In this document: positions 46,635-58,304 of the stretch, one piece after another
Position numbering within the stretch: position 1 is the stretch's first letter
Layout of the letters: every line of letters starts with the position of its first letter
From: Trichodelitschia bisporula
Taxonomy: Eukaryota
Assembly (NCBI GenBank): GCA_010356995.1
Contig: ML996712.1
Coordinates: forward strand, 75,204-139,203
DNA length: 64,000 nucleotides
Reading direction: 5' to 3'
Program-made: the position numbers and the translations under genes
The notes under the pieces: generated by a model
Told to the model about the DNA's origin: nothing
Database searches by the model: none
The model's input: only the letters and a program-made list of their open reading frames with translations

Positions 46635-47756
46635 CCTTCAAAAAAAACTCAAAGAACGTATATCCACCACAGACACAGATCTCAAGAATAACGTAAAGAG
46701 CGTCAAAGATACCAAAAAATCTACTTGGTCATGTCTCAACTCAACAAGAGAGCGACTGAGGGGCAAGGCAAAGTCACGAAGAGAGTCTCCAGCAAATAAG
46801 GCGCCGCCGGCAAACGAAAAGCTCATATCCAACCCACCGCCATGCTCGCCGCACGGGGCCTCGCAGGCGTTAGGGGGGGAAAGCAGTTGAAAGGGGGGCG
46901 CGGACTGGTACCTTGGCTAGCTTCAGCAGCCCGCTTCACGGTCAGCCCCCATATCGCCAGCCCCTGAAGCCAGAGGCGCCCGCCCGCTTCTCCTGGCATG
47001 CGGTCTGAAAGCGAGCGCTAGGCCGCGCAGGTACAAAGCGGCTGGCGTGGCGGTGGTGTGGAGACGCCTAAGGGACCCAATTCGACGGGCCTATCAGGAG
47101 GGGCGGGTGCTGATAAGGCGTGCTGGAGGGGTGGGTGGAGGAGGATGCCGCTGCGCCATCAGTGAGCAGTTATTTTGAGGAGATCAAGGGATCAACGAGT
47201 AAATGGCATATCAATGACGATAAGGAACGGGCATCAAAGACGATCATGTCAGGGACGGGAGCGGGATGTGCAGTGTGGTGATGTTCCTGCATTTTCACCC
47301 CCTGGCCCAATCAGGCAAGATACGTAAATAGCCAGGAATCGATCCCTGCCTGTTCACGCCGGGACCAGGCCCAAAGCATCCTCACGTGTCAGCGGCCCGT
47401 CGATTCTCCGGCCCAACATCGCCCTACGATGCGCCTTCACCGCCGGCACCAGCCCTGCAGCTTCTCTAGCGATCAAGTTGGCTTCGATGGCTTCACGCGC
47501 TACTGTGCCGCCCGTTCCACACACTTGCACTTCGCCATTAACTAAACCAAAAGTGACATATCTACCAGACACGCTACCCAGGGACTACGCCCTCTACCAC
47601 CAAACGCCAGTGTTCTAGACCCTCCTCCGCCCAAAAGCCCCCCCCCAACAAGCAAAATTAAGCTAGGCATCGCCGACATCAAGCTCCATCGCAATGAACA
47701 ACAGGCACACTAGCCACGCGGCCCCATGACGCGGTACGCTATTCGCGTGGCTAATC

Positions 47757-50128
47757 TCAGAAGCGCACGTTCAGCGAAGCCAACCACGCGGCCTCCGACC
47801 CCCAGTCCCTATACTCGTTCACCTTGAGCCCGAAAAATAGATGCCCTTCGGACGCCAGGTGCCAGAGTACGTCCACGACGCGCAGCTCCGAGGCCCTACA
47901 TCCAGTCTCTAGGCCGGACGTGGATAGCAAGGCGCGGAGCGTGCCCGCAGCATGGACGAACAGCTCGGCGCTCAGGAAGCCCCACCCGCCGCAGCAGAAG
48001 TTGCTGCTCAGAAACGAGCCGTACGCTACATCGGCCACGACATTGTCATACACGAAGCTGACGTAGCTCTTCCGCACCGCGTCCACGAGATCCGGGCGCA
48101 GGAAGCGCTGCGCCGCGTGCATGCCCACGACGTCGTCGCGCACGATCGAGGTGAAGGTCACGTAGTTCCCATCCACGACGCAGTGCGCGAAGTCGTTGTC
48201 TGCGTCTTTGATGAAGAGCGGGCCGAGGATGTTGGCCTCGCGGATTGCGTAAGCGACGGTTTCGACGGCGTCTGGGGACTGCGTGGGGGCGTAGAGGAAG
48301 TCGAGCTTGGAGCGGGTGGTTGCGGGGAGGGCGTCGAAGAGGCGCTCGAAGGCGGTGGTGGAGCCGCATTGGGATTCGATGAGCGGGCGTAGGACGACGA
48401 GGACGATGCGCGATACGTTGCTTACGTCGAGGTTGGCGATGCTGTTGACGATGATGGGGCGGCCGTTGCCCTGGGATTGGTTAGAAGGGATGGATGGGGG
48501 GCTGGGGGCGCTTACGTTCAGCGTGAGCAGCTTGATGGCCCCGGAGCTGTAGACCTCCTCCATGGCACGGCCGAGCGCAGGCACCAGCACCGTAACCTTG
48601 CGATCCTTGGTCGTGAAGGGCGCATCGAGGTTTACGCGCGACACGGGCGTGACGGCCAGGTACTGCTGGGGCGGGAAGATGCCCCCTGAAAACAAGCTGT
48701 CGTAGATGCGCTCCAGCCCGTTCATGATGCAGTTTTTCTCGCTTTCCTCCGTCATGTACGGCAGGATGCGCGCGAGGCAGAAGAACTCGAACAGCGGGAC
48801 TATGTCCCAGAAAGCGTATTCGCAGTACGCGGCCTTGACTTTTTCGCAGTACATGGCGAGGATGGAGACACAGCGCGCGCGCCGGTGCTCGGGGATTGAG
48901 GTTTGGGTTAGGAACCATTGGTGTCGTACGTCTTGGAGCAGCTTTGCGATGTCTTGGAGGGGAGATTCCTGGCTTGTTTAGTCTTTGTGTCGGTTGATCT
49001 GGTGCTTTACTTACGACGAAGCAGTCGAGGAAGTCGAACACGCACAACTCGCGGTTCTCCGGGTCAACGAGCATATTTGCCAGCGTCAAATCGCCATGGC
49101 ACGGCCCGATCGGCACCTCGCGGCGTCCCAGCTGGCGAAACGAGCTCATAACGCGATCAATCTGGTGCTCGAACGTCTCAATCTCCGCCGGCGTGACAAG
49201 ACTGCTCTTCCGCAGCGCAGCCTTGATGCCCGTAGCCTTCTTCTCAAACTCAGGAAAAACATGCCTTAACTCCACCAACTCACTCAAATTCAAATTCGCA
49301 TCCACCATCTCCACCGCCGTCTCCACAAGCCACTCATTCACCGCCCGGTCCCGCTCCATCATAACATGCCTCACATCCTGAAACGGGATATACTCCATAT
49401 CCACCGTAAACGCGCCAACCTCGCCCTTCACCACCTCCGGCACGCGGATCCCATACACTTCCGGCGTACTCACCGCCCTCAGCCCCGCGGCCCTACACCG
49501 CGCGGCAAACGCAATCTGCTTCTCGATCTGCTTCAACAGGCGATTCCCGTCTTGCTTCGCGCCGACGAAGGCTTCTTTCCGCACAGCCCACATCCCGCTC
49601 GTCAGCCGCCGGATCGTCGCGTCGTCAACGTACGTCCGCGCGCTGCTGTAGCTCGGCTTCTTGACATGTCCGCCGGGCGTGGTTGGGGGGCTCGGTTCGC
49701 GCAAAGCGAGGGCGGGCCGGCGGAGGGCCTTCTGGCTTTGTGATAGTCGAGACCTCGACAATTCGAGGGTCATGTGGAGTTGCGGGCGAATGGGTACGGA
49801 GGAGCGCGCGGCGGAGAGGGTGGCTTGGAGGGCGGGGTCGGCCCAGACTGGCGCGGTTAGTATGATGGTATGGAAGGGGGGTGTTGGATGAGTGGGAGAG
49901 GGCGGGCCTACAGGCGTTGTTGACGCTGAGGTCTGCGACTGGGATGCCGGTGTGCGCATCGTGTATACCGATGATTTGCACGGCGCAGTCGCTCTTGCCC
50001 TGATTCTTGAGCGTCGGGACATGGGATTCCGCCTCGCGCTGGCCGATGCTGCCGGCGCGGAGCCGCGCTGTGGGCGGCGAGGGGGGCGGCGCCGGCGTCG
50101 CGGGATCGAGGAGGGGAGCAGGTGCCAT
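47757..50128 (-). CDS. APH/choline-kinase-like phosphotransferase fused to a degenerate sugar-nucleotidyltransferase domain; 4 exons, ~738 aa
   Basis: Exons are 50128-49912, 49847-49015, 48968-48516 and 48470-47757 (2217 nt). Kinase motifs: AVRK, MEYI, CHGDLTLANML, VFDFLD, DIAKL. NTase-like C-terminal half: VLVPALGR, FIKDADN, KSYV, FCCGGW, DWGS. Confidence 0.85.
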
Positions 50129-51903
50129 TGTGACTTCAGCTCACAGCTACTGTTTCGATGTTTGGTGTTGGGGATCGGGATGGGATCGCAATTGGATGGG
50201 AATTGGGATTGAGGACGCGGGAACAGCTTCAGGCATGCACGCACCCGGGGCTAGGGTCGACTATGTAGTAGCACGATCGCGGCGCCGAAGTCGTCGATGG
50301 GGGGTGGGCGGGAGGCGTGCTCTGGGTGCGCCAACCTTATCTTAGCGGGGGAAGCTGGGGCGGCGCCGCGGCTGCGAGTTCAATATTTGCGGTATATACG
50401 GGCGCTTTGGCGAGGGCGAGACGTGATGGTAAATTACGATGGTTACCGCTACAGGTGGGGGAAGCGAGAGGACTAGTTCTGTGATGGACTGGAGGGAATG
50501 GGCCAATGGCAGCGGCTTTTTGGACAACATGGGATGAGCTCCTCCTGATGTCCTTTCGTGATCGATGGAAGGGGTGACGTCTTTTCCTGCGGTGGGGGGG
50601 GGGTGGCGGAGTGAGTTGACGGGAGTGTGTTTCTCCTATTCTTGGGAGAGAGCGTGGGCGTGAGACATGTTCGCGGGAGATGGACAGAGTAAGTAAGCGG
50701 TTTCAGCACACGAGGATGGATGGATTATGTTACGGGAAATACGAGGCTTGAAGGCTAATTGCGCTTACGGTAGCGCCTGTCACTGCGTGAAGGCATGTGG
50801 AGCGCTGTTTGGACATGACTTGGGATGCTCTCAGAATGTGCATTGCATTTCGCAGGATCACTTCCTTCATGGCTTTCCTATCACCATCGCTTACGGAGTA
50901 CACCTCTTCCCTTCCGCTCCAGACTGATCTCAATACAGCCCCGGGAAAGCCTCTCCGCAAAAGCAGGGAATTCATCGCAGCAAATCGGCTCCGCACATGC
51001 AAACCCCATCCGCCAGGTCCAGGCCGACAAGGCTGAACGCACGTCCTCATTTCCCCCAGTAGTAGATCCCACGCCAAGCCCAGGGGTTGCGCCGCTCCAA
51101 AGGGCTGGGCAGGTGTGGGGCGGATTAACTTGAAAAGGGGCTAGCAATCACGCTGGACGCGCCGCCATGTGTTCCGGCGCTGTGTGGAGAGCTGAAAACC
51201 ATCGTGGGCAGCGAAGGGCCGAGACTGGCGGCTAATATTGCACGCTATTATTGCTGAGGGAGGTGGCGACGCTCGACACCCGCAACCGAGGTCGCCAGTG
51301 CATCTGGGGAAGACGCGGTAGGGAAAGACACACACTCAGGCTGGCATTGTGGGATGCAAATCTTCCGCTGATCGGCGAGCGCTCCCGCCCGCACCTCCGC
51401 TTCTTCAATCTCACTTATCAGCGATCTGCTGCGCCGCTTGCGAGCTTGCGTTTCAGATGAGACTGCTCGGAGTGCTCGGGCGAGCGCCATTGCGAACACT
51501 CCCAACGTAGTATAACGGCGGGTCTGCCCGCGCCCGGCGTGCCCGTAGCGCGTACCCGTAGCGTGCGAGTGATGGCGTCGGCTAAGTCAAGCCAAAATTT
51601 CGATAAGCTAGCGGGGGGCCGGGCCCGAAGCTATGCATCCCGGCAAGTGTTAGCGGATGGAATGGAGGGGGGGAGTGAAGAGGGGGTGGCAGAGTGGACT
51701 GGGCCTTAGGCGTCGACTTCGAGAAGCTAAGAAAGGAAATATGGTAAAAGGGGGGCCCCTTGATCTGGAGGGGTGACGACGTCTGATGGAAGGATAGGAG
51801 AACATCTTGGGGCTTTTGAAGCTTTGCATCGCTGCCGTCCGCGCTCACTATCACCAACTCCAAACTCCCATCTTATCCTATACCGACCAACACTGATATC
51901 ACG
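50129..51903. promoter_or_regulatory. Shared divergent intergenic/promoter region of the kinase-NTase and NTase-HAD genes
   Basis: The two genes are head-to-head and there is no credible coding region between them. Confidence 0.5.
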
Positions 51904-53763
51904 ATGGCCGGCTCAACCACCGTCCCCCCCGCCAACCGCCCCGCCCGGCGCAGCATCAAATTCGAGCAGCCCTTCGTCTACCACGCCAAAAAATCCTCAA
52001 TCAGCATCTCCCCCCCCTTCCCCACCCCCATCCGCACCTTTTCCATCGCGGACTTCTTCGCCGTCTGCTCCGCCCTTGAACTCGACTGGCTGCTTAGCCT
52101 CACAACTTCCCACCTGAAGGCACTCCTCGCCTCCCCGGATGACCCCGCCACGCGCACATATTCAGCGTCGTACTTCCCCGCGCACATCCCCCTCGACCGC
52201 GGCCGCCGGAGCATCTCCTGGCCCCTCCCCAGCACCGACAGCTCCGCCGACGTCGCCGCCTTCCTCGCAGGCCTCACGCTGCTCACCCTCGAAATCCCCG
52301 CCGCAGGCCCGGTGAGCAGCAACAAAGCCTCCCGCGTCCGCGCCAAGCTCACAACCCTCACCTTCCTCTCCGCCCTCACGTCCGCGCTGAGCGATGCCTG
52401 CCCGGCCCGGTTCCCCACCGTCCTCGCGCGGGCTAGCAGACTCCTCGTCGCCGCGGCAGAGGGGGATGTCTTGCTCGACGAGGAAGACGGCGTAATCCTG
52501 CGCGGCGCGGCGTCGCAGCTCGTGCTCGGCGCCGCGGATGGGCTCCCGCTACGGCTTAAGGACGGGCCACTGACGCCCCGCGCAACCCTCCCGAGCGCCA
52601 TACTCGTAACTCGGCCTGCGCGGCAGCCGCGCGCTCTTAGCGGGCCGAGTTCGACGCTCGTGATCCCGAGTGCGGGGCGGAGTTCGCGCTTCCCAGGGCA
52701 TAAGCCGAAGTGGCTTCTGACGATGCCGAACGGGCGGCTCATGGTCGTGGATGCTATTGCTGGACTCGACTTGAGTGGGGTGAGCCGTGTGGTGCTGGGC
52801 GTGCTAAAGGAACACGTGGACAAGCACTGCGGGAGTGACATCAGCGCGCTCCTCCGCGCTTTCGAAGACGGGCCTGAAGAACTCGCAGACATCGATCTCA
52901 GCATCGTAGTCATCAATGCCGAAACCGTCGACCAGGTTCAAACCATCGAAGTCATCCTCAACACAGCGCGCGTCTCCGGCGCGATCTTCCTCAAAGACTG
53001 CGATAACCAATTCGCGTGCGCCGTGCCAGCGGTGGACGGCGTCGCAACCCTCGAAATCAGCCGCGAGATGCAGTCTCTCAACGTGCCCGCGGGCAAATCC
53101 TACGTCGACGTCGCGCTCGACGGGAGCATCCACAACATCGTCGAGAAGGTGATCCTGGGGCCTACGTTCTGTGTCGGGGGGTACGCATTCGCGTCGGCCG
53201 CGGACTTCACGGCGCACGTCGCGCAGGCGCGGAAACTGCAAAAGCTCTCCGCGGCCGGGGATGCCGAGCTCGCGGTCAGCGACGTCATCTGGCTGAAGCT
53301 GATCAAAGCGGCAGTCGGTCAGACACCTTGCACATTCCAATCCATCCCGGTAGCCGATTACGAGGACTGGGGCACGCTGGGCGCGTGGAAGGCATACTGC
53401 GCCACCTTCCGCAGCCTATTCCTCGACATCGACGGCACGCTGGTGAAGAACTCTGGGCAGTACTTCGGGAAGACGTGGGGCGAGCAGCCGGGACTGGACA
53501 AGAGCGTGGCACACTTGCAGAACCTGTATGCCCGCGGACGGACGCAGATTATCCTGACGACGAGCCGGACGGAGGCGTTCCGCGAGGCGACGGAGCAGCA
53601 GTTGAGGGGGTTGGGGATCCCGTATGATCGGATTGTGTTTGGCATGTTCCATTGCCAGCGCGTGCTGGTTAATGACTTCGCGAAGACGAATCCGTTCCCC
53701 AGCGCCAGTGCGATTAATCTGCGGCGCGATGGCGATGAGTTGAGCGAGATGTTGGACTATTAG
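51904..53763 (+). CDS. Sugar-phosphate nucleotidyltransferase fused to a HAD phosphatase (capsule-biosynthesis-like), with an N-terminal helical domain; intronless, 619 aa
   Basis: NTase motifs: LVIPSAGRSSRFPGHKPKWLL, FLKDCDN, KSYV...IVEK, FCVGGY, EDWGT. HAD motifs: LFLDIDGTL (I), ILTTSR (II), and YDRIVFG...RVLVND. Confidence 0.9.
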   Translation: MAGSTTVPPANRPARRSIKFEQPFVYHAKKSSISISPPFPTPIRTFSIADFFAVCSALELDWLLSLTTSHLKALLASPDDPATRTYSASYFPAHIPLDRGRRSISWPLPSTDSSADVAAFLAGLTLLTLEIPAAGPVSSNKASRVRAKLTTLTFLSALTSALSDACPARFPTVLARASRLLVAAAEGDVLLDEEDGVILRGAASQLVLGAADGLPLRLKDGPLTPRATLPSAILVTRPARQPRALSGPSSTLVIPSAGRSSRFPGHKPKWLLTMPNGRLMVVDAIAGLDLSGVSRVVLGVLKEHVDKHCGSDISALLRAFEDGPEELADIDLSIVVINAETVDQVQTIEVILNTARVSGAIFLKDCDNQFACAVPAVDGVATLEISREMQSLNVPAGKSYVDVALDGSIHNIVEKVILGPTFCVGGYAFASAADFTAHVAQARKLQKLSAAGDAELAVSDVIWLKLIKAAVGQTPCTFQSIPVADYEDWGTLGAWKAYCATFRSLFLDIDGTLVKNSGQYFGKTWGEQPGLDKSVAHLQNLYARGRTQIILTTSRTEAFREATEQQLRGLGIPYDRIVFGMFHCQRVLVNDFAKTNPFPSASAINLRRDGDELSEMLDY

Positions 53764-54216
53764 GCGTCTTTGGCTTTTTTGGAATGTATGAGTACTCTCC
53801 TAATGGCGGTCTTCGGTCTTGTATAAGTAGTTTTGCATCAGAAGATATGAGCATAATATGGAGGGACGGAAGTCAAGTGGAAATGAAGCATTGCTGCGTT
53901 CCTGTCAACTGCTCGGTTAGCAACACTGTGGAAATATAGCGACCCGAAGACGGAACGAGAGAGCTTAAGGTAGATATTCTACAGGATCTAGTTGTAATGA
54001 ACGTACGGTGAAACTAGTACAGACGCCTCCAACCCTCGGATTCCCAAACTCCGATATCGCCAAACCCAAAGAACCTAAACCGCCGATCGCCAAATCAATC
54101 TCTGACAGTCGACAACCCAACGAGAACACCTATCTTGACTGCATTACCTTAGATATATAGGCCATGACCATCAACTACTCCCCAACTCAGTGCTCAACAC
54201 ATACTCCCATCGTCGC

Positions 54217-54811
54217 CTACTTCGTCTGCACCTTATGATCCCCCTTAATCACATCCGCATAGCTCGGCGGCACGTCATGCTGCGCACTCGACTCGCCATT
54301 AGGCGCCGGCGCAGGTGCCCGGGCCGACGGCTTCGCAGCACCCTTTGACTTCGGAGCCGGGGCAGATGTACTGCCCGTATTGCCCGTAGTGCCGTACGTA
54401 CTCGAGTGAGCAGCGGCGGAGGGATGAACAGGCACCGAAGACGGAGGGGGCGTCGAGCCGGGCTGGACGTAGTAGTACGTTACCACCGTAGCGCCGCCGC
54501 GCTCTGAGTCCGGTATCGCTTCGTACTCGGATGGGTACTTGGAGATGATGTACTGTGAGGAGGGTTAGTTAGATATGGAGGGGCGGGGATGAAGGACGAA
54601 CCCAGGCGTGGATCAAGCCGGGCACGTAGCCGAGACAGAGGAGGGCAAAGTTGATGAGCGAGTCGGCGCTGCAGATGCCGCGCTTGACCCAGACTGCGAT
54701 GCGTTAGAACTAGATGCCAGGCTGCCGTGGGGTAGGACGAGAGCACGTACCTGCTACTGGCGGGAAGAGGATCGCGAGGAGGGCGAGGAAGAAATCGGGC
54801 CCGTCGCACAT
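54217..54811 (-). CDS. Pmp3/RCI2-family proteolipid with a C-terminal PPxY tail; 3 exons, ~162 aa
   Basis: Spliced product MCDGPDFFLALLAILFPPVAVWVKRGICSADSLINFALLCLGYVPGLIHAWYII, with introns 54694-54750 and 54553-54601 and a C-terminal PPSY motif. Confidence 0.88.
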
Positions 54812-55139
54812 TGTGATTGCTGTTGAAGGTGTTTCTTTTGCTTTCGATGAGAGAAAAGGGGCGTGATAGGTGAAGAGTTGGTGGTGAAGCTCTGGTGGAA
54901 TGACGATCTTGTAGCTGTTCAGGCAACAAAGTTGGCGGGGGCGCATGACGATGAGTCCCCGGGGAGGCGGCGCTCCCCGGTCTTGGCTCGTGGCGCAGCA
55001 GCGGAGATCGGCAGGGTGATATCCGTGTTCGGGCAGGAGATCGCGTATCGCGTCTGCGGGCCGAGAGACGCGTCTCTTGAGTGCAGTTCTTCGTCATAGA
55101 CGCGGGGAACACTCAGATATCTTCTTCAGCTCAGCAATT

Positions 55140-55797
55140 ATGGCGCCCAACACTTCTCAGACCATCAAGACATATGCGATCAAGAAGAATGCTGATGCGG
55201 AGACGTACACGCCCAATGTCCTACCTTGCAAGATCGACTATGCGGGCCCGGTGGACGCCAGTCGTTACTGGAAGCCGGAGGAGGGGGAAGGTTCGTTGTG
55301 CTCTGCGCCGTGAAGATGAGCCTCTACTTACGGCACAGATGGCAATATCATGGCGCACTTTCGGGGCCGCAGGCTGAGAGGAAGGGAAGTCAAGGTGCCC
55401 GAGGGCTACACCGGTTCGTCTTTCCATCGCTCTTCGGAATTGCCCACTCAACTGACCCCGCGTAGGAATCGTCGTTGAAGAAACCGACAAGACTCTCCCC
55501 CAAGAGCATCAATCGCATGAAGACGACGAGGAAGACGACGAGGACAGTACGCCGCTCAGCGAGACACACATCCTGGAAGAAGTCGGCAAATTCGACAGCG
55601 TCACGATGTGGGGCCACGAAGGCGCGCCGGACCCCAACTCCGACGGCATAACGAGAGCTATGACAGAATGGGTGCATTTTGCCGCCACCGTGGGTTGTCT
55701 CCGCAAACCGGGGATTTGCTGCTGATATCTGCAGATCCATAGTACCGATGCCCCCGAAACCGTAGCCAAATCAAAGGATGGAGCACAACCTGCTTGA
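55140..55797 (+). CDS. rnh203: Ribonuclease H2 non-catalytic subunit C; 4 exons, ~170 aa
   Basis: LPCKIDYAGP...AHFRGRRLRG..V.VPEGYTG...FDSVTMWGHE...EW. Introns 55291-55338, 55414-55465 and 55690-55734 give a 513-nt frame. Confidence 0.88.
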
Positions 55798-57130
55798 GCA
55801 CAGGCTCCCGAGCTGCGAGATCCTTTACCTTACATATAACTGGCGTTAGACGGCGTTTGGCTCAACGGGAATTCCGGGGTTGTATTGCCGCACGAGTGTT
55901 GCGGCTGACTGGATCTGGGAGCCGCGACCGATCTTCACGGATAACCCTCACGAGCTGGCCATGCGGAGTTGGGAGAGAAGATTACGGCTGCTGAGTGCGA
56001 GAGAAATGGACATGGGCGGCCGTGGTAACCGCATTTTCGTAGGCGTTGAGAATCGATGTCGTCCCGCAACACCGAGACTCCAGTGACATTGACTGCCTTT
56101 ACAAGCTGCTTATGGCACGCTTTTGGCTGAACAGATGCAGAACCTGGAGCAGGAAGAAATGAGAGATACCATGCCCTGCTGCAGCAAGCCGACAACAGAC
56201 AAGGATTCTTCGACACCCAGTGCGGTTACCCGGCGAACGACTCGACGAACTGCATATCTGCTAGATCATACCAGAATAGGGTGCGTCACCAGTTCCTTTC
56301 ACATCGATGCCCTCTCTCACTCCCGACCTTTGCCCTGGTAATGTCGACTTCAACATCGCGCATTCCCCCTTCGAGCCAGCCTCGGCCCGGCCCGTGCACC
56401 ACCTCTCAATCCGACACGCTCACCCCGTACCGCAATTCGGCCATGGCATTCGATTCGCAGCTGGTATGGGCCCTACGACTTTTGCTGTCGACAAATGCAG
56501 GCACCGTTGTGCCGCGGGCCTCGTCAATTATTCCGGGTTGTAACAACTTCGGCCCCGTCTTTCGCTCCCCTCCCACAACGACCCGAATCTCGGTATCGTT
56601 AAGGAACCAGACGGGTTTTCGAGATGGCGCAATTAAGAGCCCTCGTCCTAGGTCAGCTACTGAAAAGCTTAGTTGTTGATCGCTGGCAGGATTGGCACTG
56701 CTGCTAAAATATCACCGCCCCTCCATTCCCCCAAATCTTACCAAACTCGACCCGATATACCCACCTCAGGCACATATACCACCCATCAACACCCAGGGCC
56801 CTCCCTGCACTCCAATTCCCATATACACCCCAATCTCGCGACGCCATGGACCCCGCAGGCCACGGCAGCCGTACCTGTCCACGTCCGGCGCCGTGCACGC
56901 CCCCTCGCGAATGTGCCCACGTACACCCCTTTACGGCCGCGGATGCGTCCGGAGAATCCAGTCGCCGGGTCAGGGCGCCGTTTTCTAACCTCCATTTTGC
57001 GTTCCTCCGCACAACTCCTGTTCCGCTGCATACCTCAACCCACGCTCGCTGCCATCGTCACTCCTTACGGTCCTCAGTACGCCCGTTCACACCGTGCCCG
57101 TCGTCCGCGTCACTCGCTCCCTCCGCCGCC

Positions 57131-57796
57131 ATGCACCGCGCACTACTCCTCCCCCTCCTCCTCGCCCCGCTCACCGCCTCCCTCCCCTCCCACCTCCCCG
57201 CCCACCGCACGCCCTCTCAAACGTCACCCTGCCCCCTCCCCGTCTGGATCGCCTCCGACCTAGAATGGCACAACAGCACGCACAACCTCGACTGCGATCC
57301 TCGAACACTGAGCCGGGGGTACAACGGCACCGACACCCGGCCCTCCTCGAACTGGCTCCTCTGCTCCACCGGCCTCTCGCGCCAACCCCCCGGCTACGGT
57401 CCGCCAGACACCTTCTCCGTGAACATAACCAACGTCGGGCCTTGTCGGCAATCCAACCCAGGCAGCGTCCCACCGCGGAATATCGGGAAGGGGTGGATTC
57501 GGTGCGCATCCTCCGCGCCGGTGCTGTATTTCGAAGGCGATAGCAATAACCGCAACGGGACGGGGCTGTTCAGGGTCAGTCAGCAGTTTACGTGCCCCGA
57601 CAGCGCGGACGAGGATGGGGATGAGCAGGTGAAGCTGTACACTGCGCATGGGGAGGTTATGTTTGGACTTAGGTGTGCTCATGATGCGGAGCGGAATGCG
57701 ACGTGTACGAGTGAGGCGAAGACGTTTCGGATTCCGGTTACGGGGTTTAGGGAGGGGGTTGCGAGGACGGTGGGGGGGGAGCCGGTGTGGTGGTGA
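57131..57796 (+). CDS. Secreted cysteine-rich protein (221 aa), possibly Alt a 1-like fold
   Basis: gccATG start, signal peptide MHRALLLPLLLAPLTASLP, 8 Cys and several N-glycosylation sequons. Confidence 0.75.
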   Translation: MHRALLLPLLLAPLTASLPSHLPAHRTPSQTSPCPLPVWIASDLEWHNSTHNLDCDPRTLSRGYNGTDTRPSSNWLLCSTGLSRQPPGYGPPDTFSVNITNVGPCRQSNPGSVPPRNIGKGWIRCASSAPVLYFEGDSNNRNGTGLFRVSQQFTCPDSADEDGDEQVKLYTAHGEVMFGLRCAHDAERNATCTSEAKTFRIPVTGFREGVARTVGGEPVWW

Positions 57797-58304
57797 TTGG
57801 GGAAGGGGAGGTATGGTGGAAGGTCGGCGCGGCATTTGAGATGGTGCATTTTGGTGAGGGGAACATCGTGATGGGATGGGGACATTGAGTGGTTTGCTGA
57901 GGCTGTATATGGTTAATTCCAACTTTTTGGAAGGCAAGCGGTTGATTGTGTGCTCGAGGGATTTTGCGGGGTTGTTACCTCACGAAGTTCACATCCAGAG
58001 CTCAGCATTGTGCGGAATCCAGAGCGGTCAATTCTGTGCCTCTCTCCTCATCTTCAATAACTTCATTACCAGTCCAGTGGGCAGTGCTACCCCCAATACA
58101 CACCGTTTCCTTCCCCGCCGACCTTACCAGGAAGCGTCGTCGTGCAACCCACCCACCGCAACTGCACACGACCCGGTATCCCAAAGGGGCATCCACACCC
58201 GACAGCCTTCTCAGTACAAAAACGAACCCACGACGTCCCCATCTCATCCAACCTCACACCCATGAAACCAACATTCATACCGAGAAATCTACACAAACGT
58301 TAAA

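Noticed and set aside
48481..50244. 587-aa ORF treated as a standalone gene separate from 47757-48854
   Set aside because: Both ends are out-of-frame read-through past introns; splicing joins the pieces into one ~738-aa protein.
51978..53652. Long antisense ORFs opposite the NTase-HAD gene (and similar shadows over other genes)
   Set aside because: These are typical shadow frames of high-GC3 coding sequence, with no motifs.
47757..53763. Bacterial contamination as the explanation for the capsule-like enzymes
   Set aside because: The kinase gene has three spliceosomal introns and the region is contiguous with clearly fungal genes of similar codon usage.
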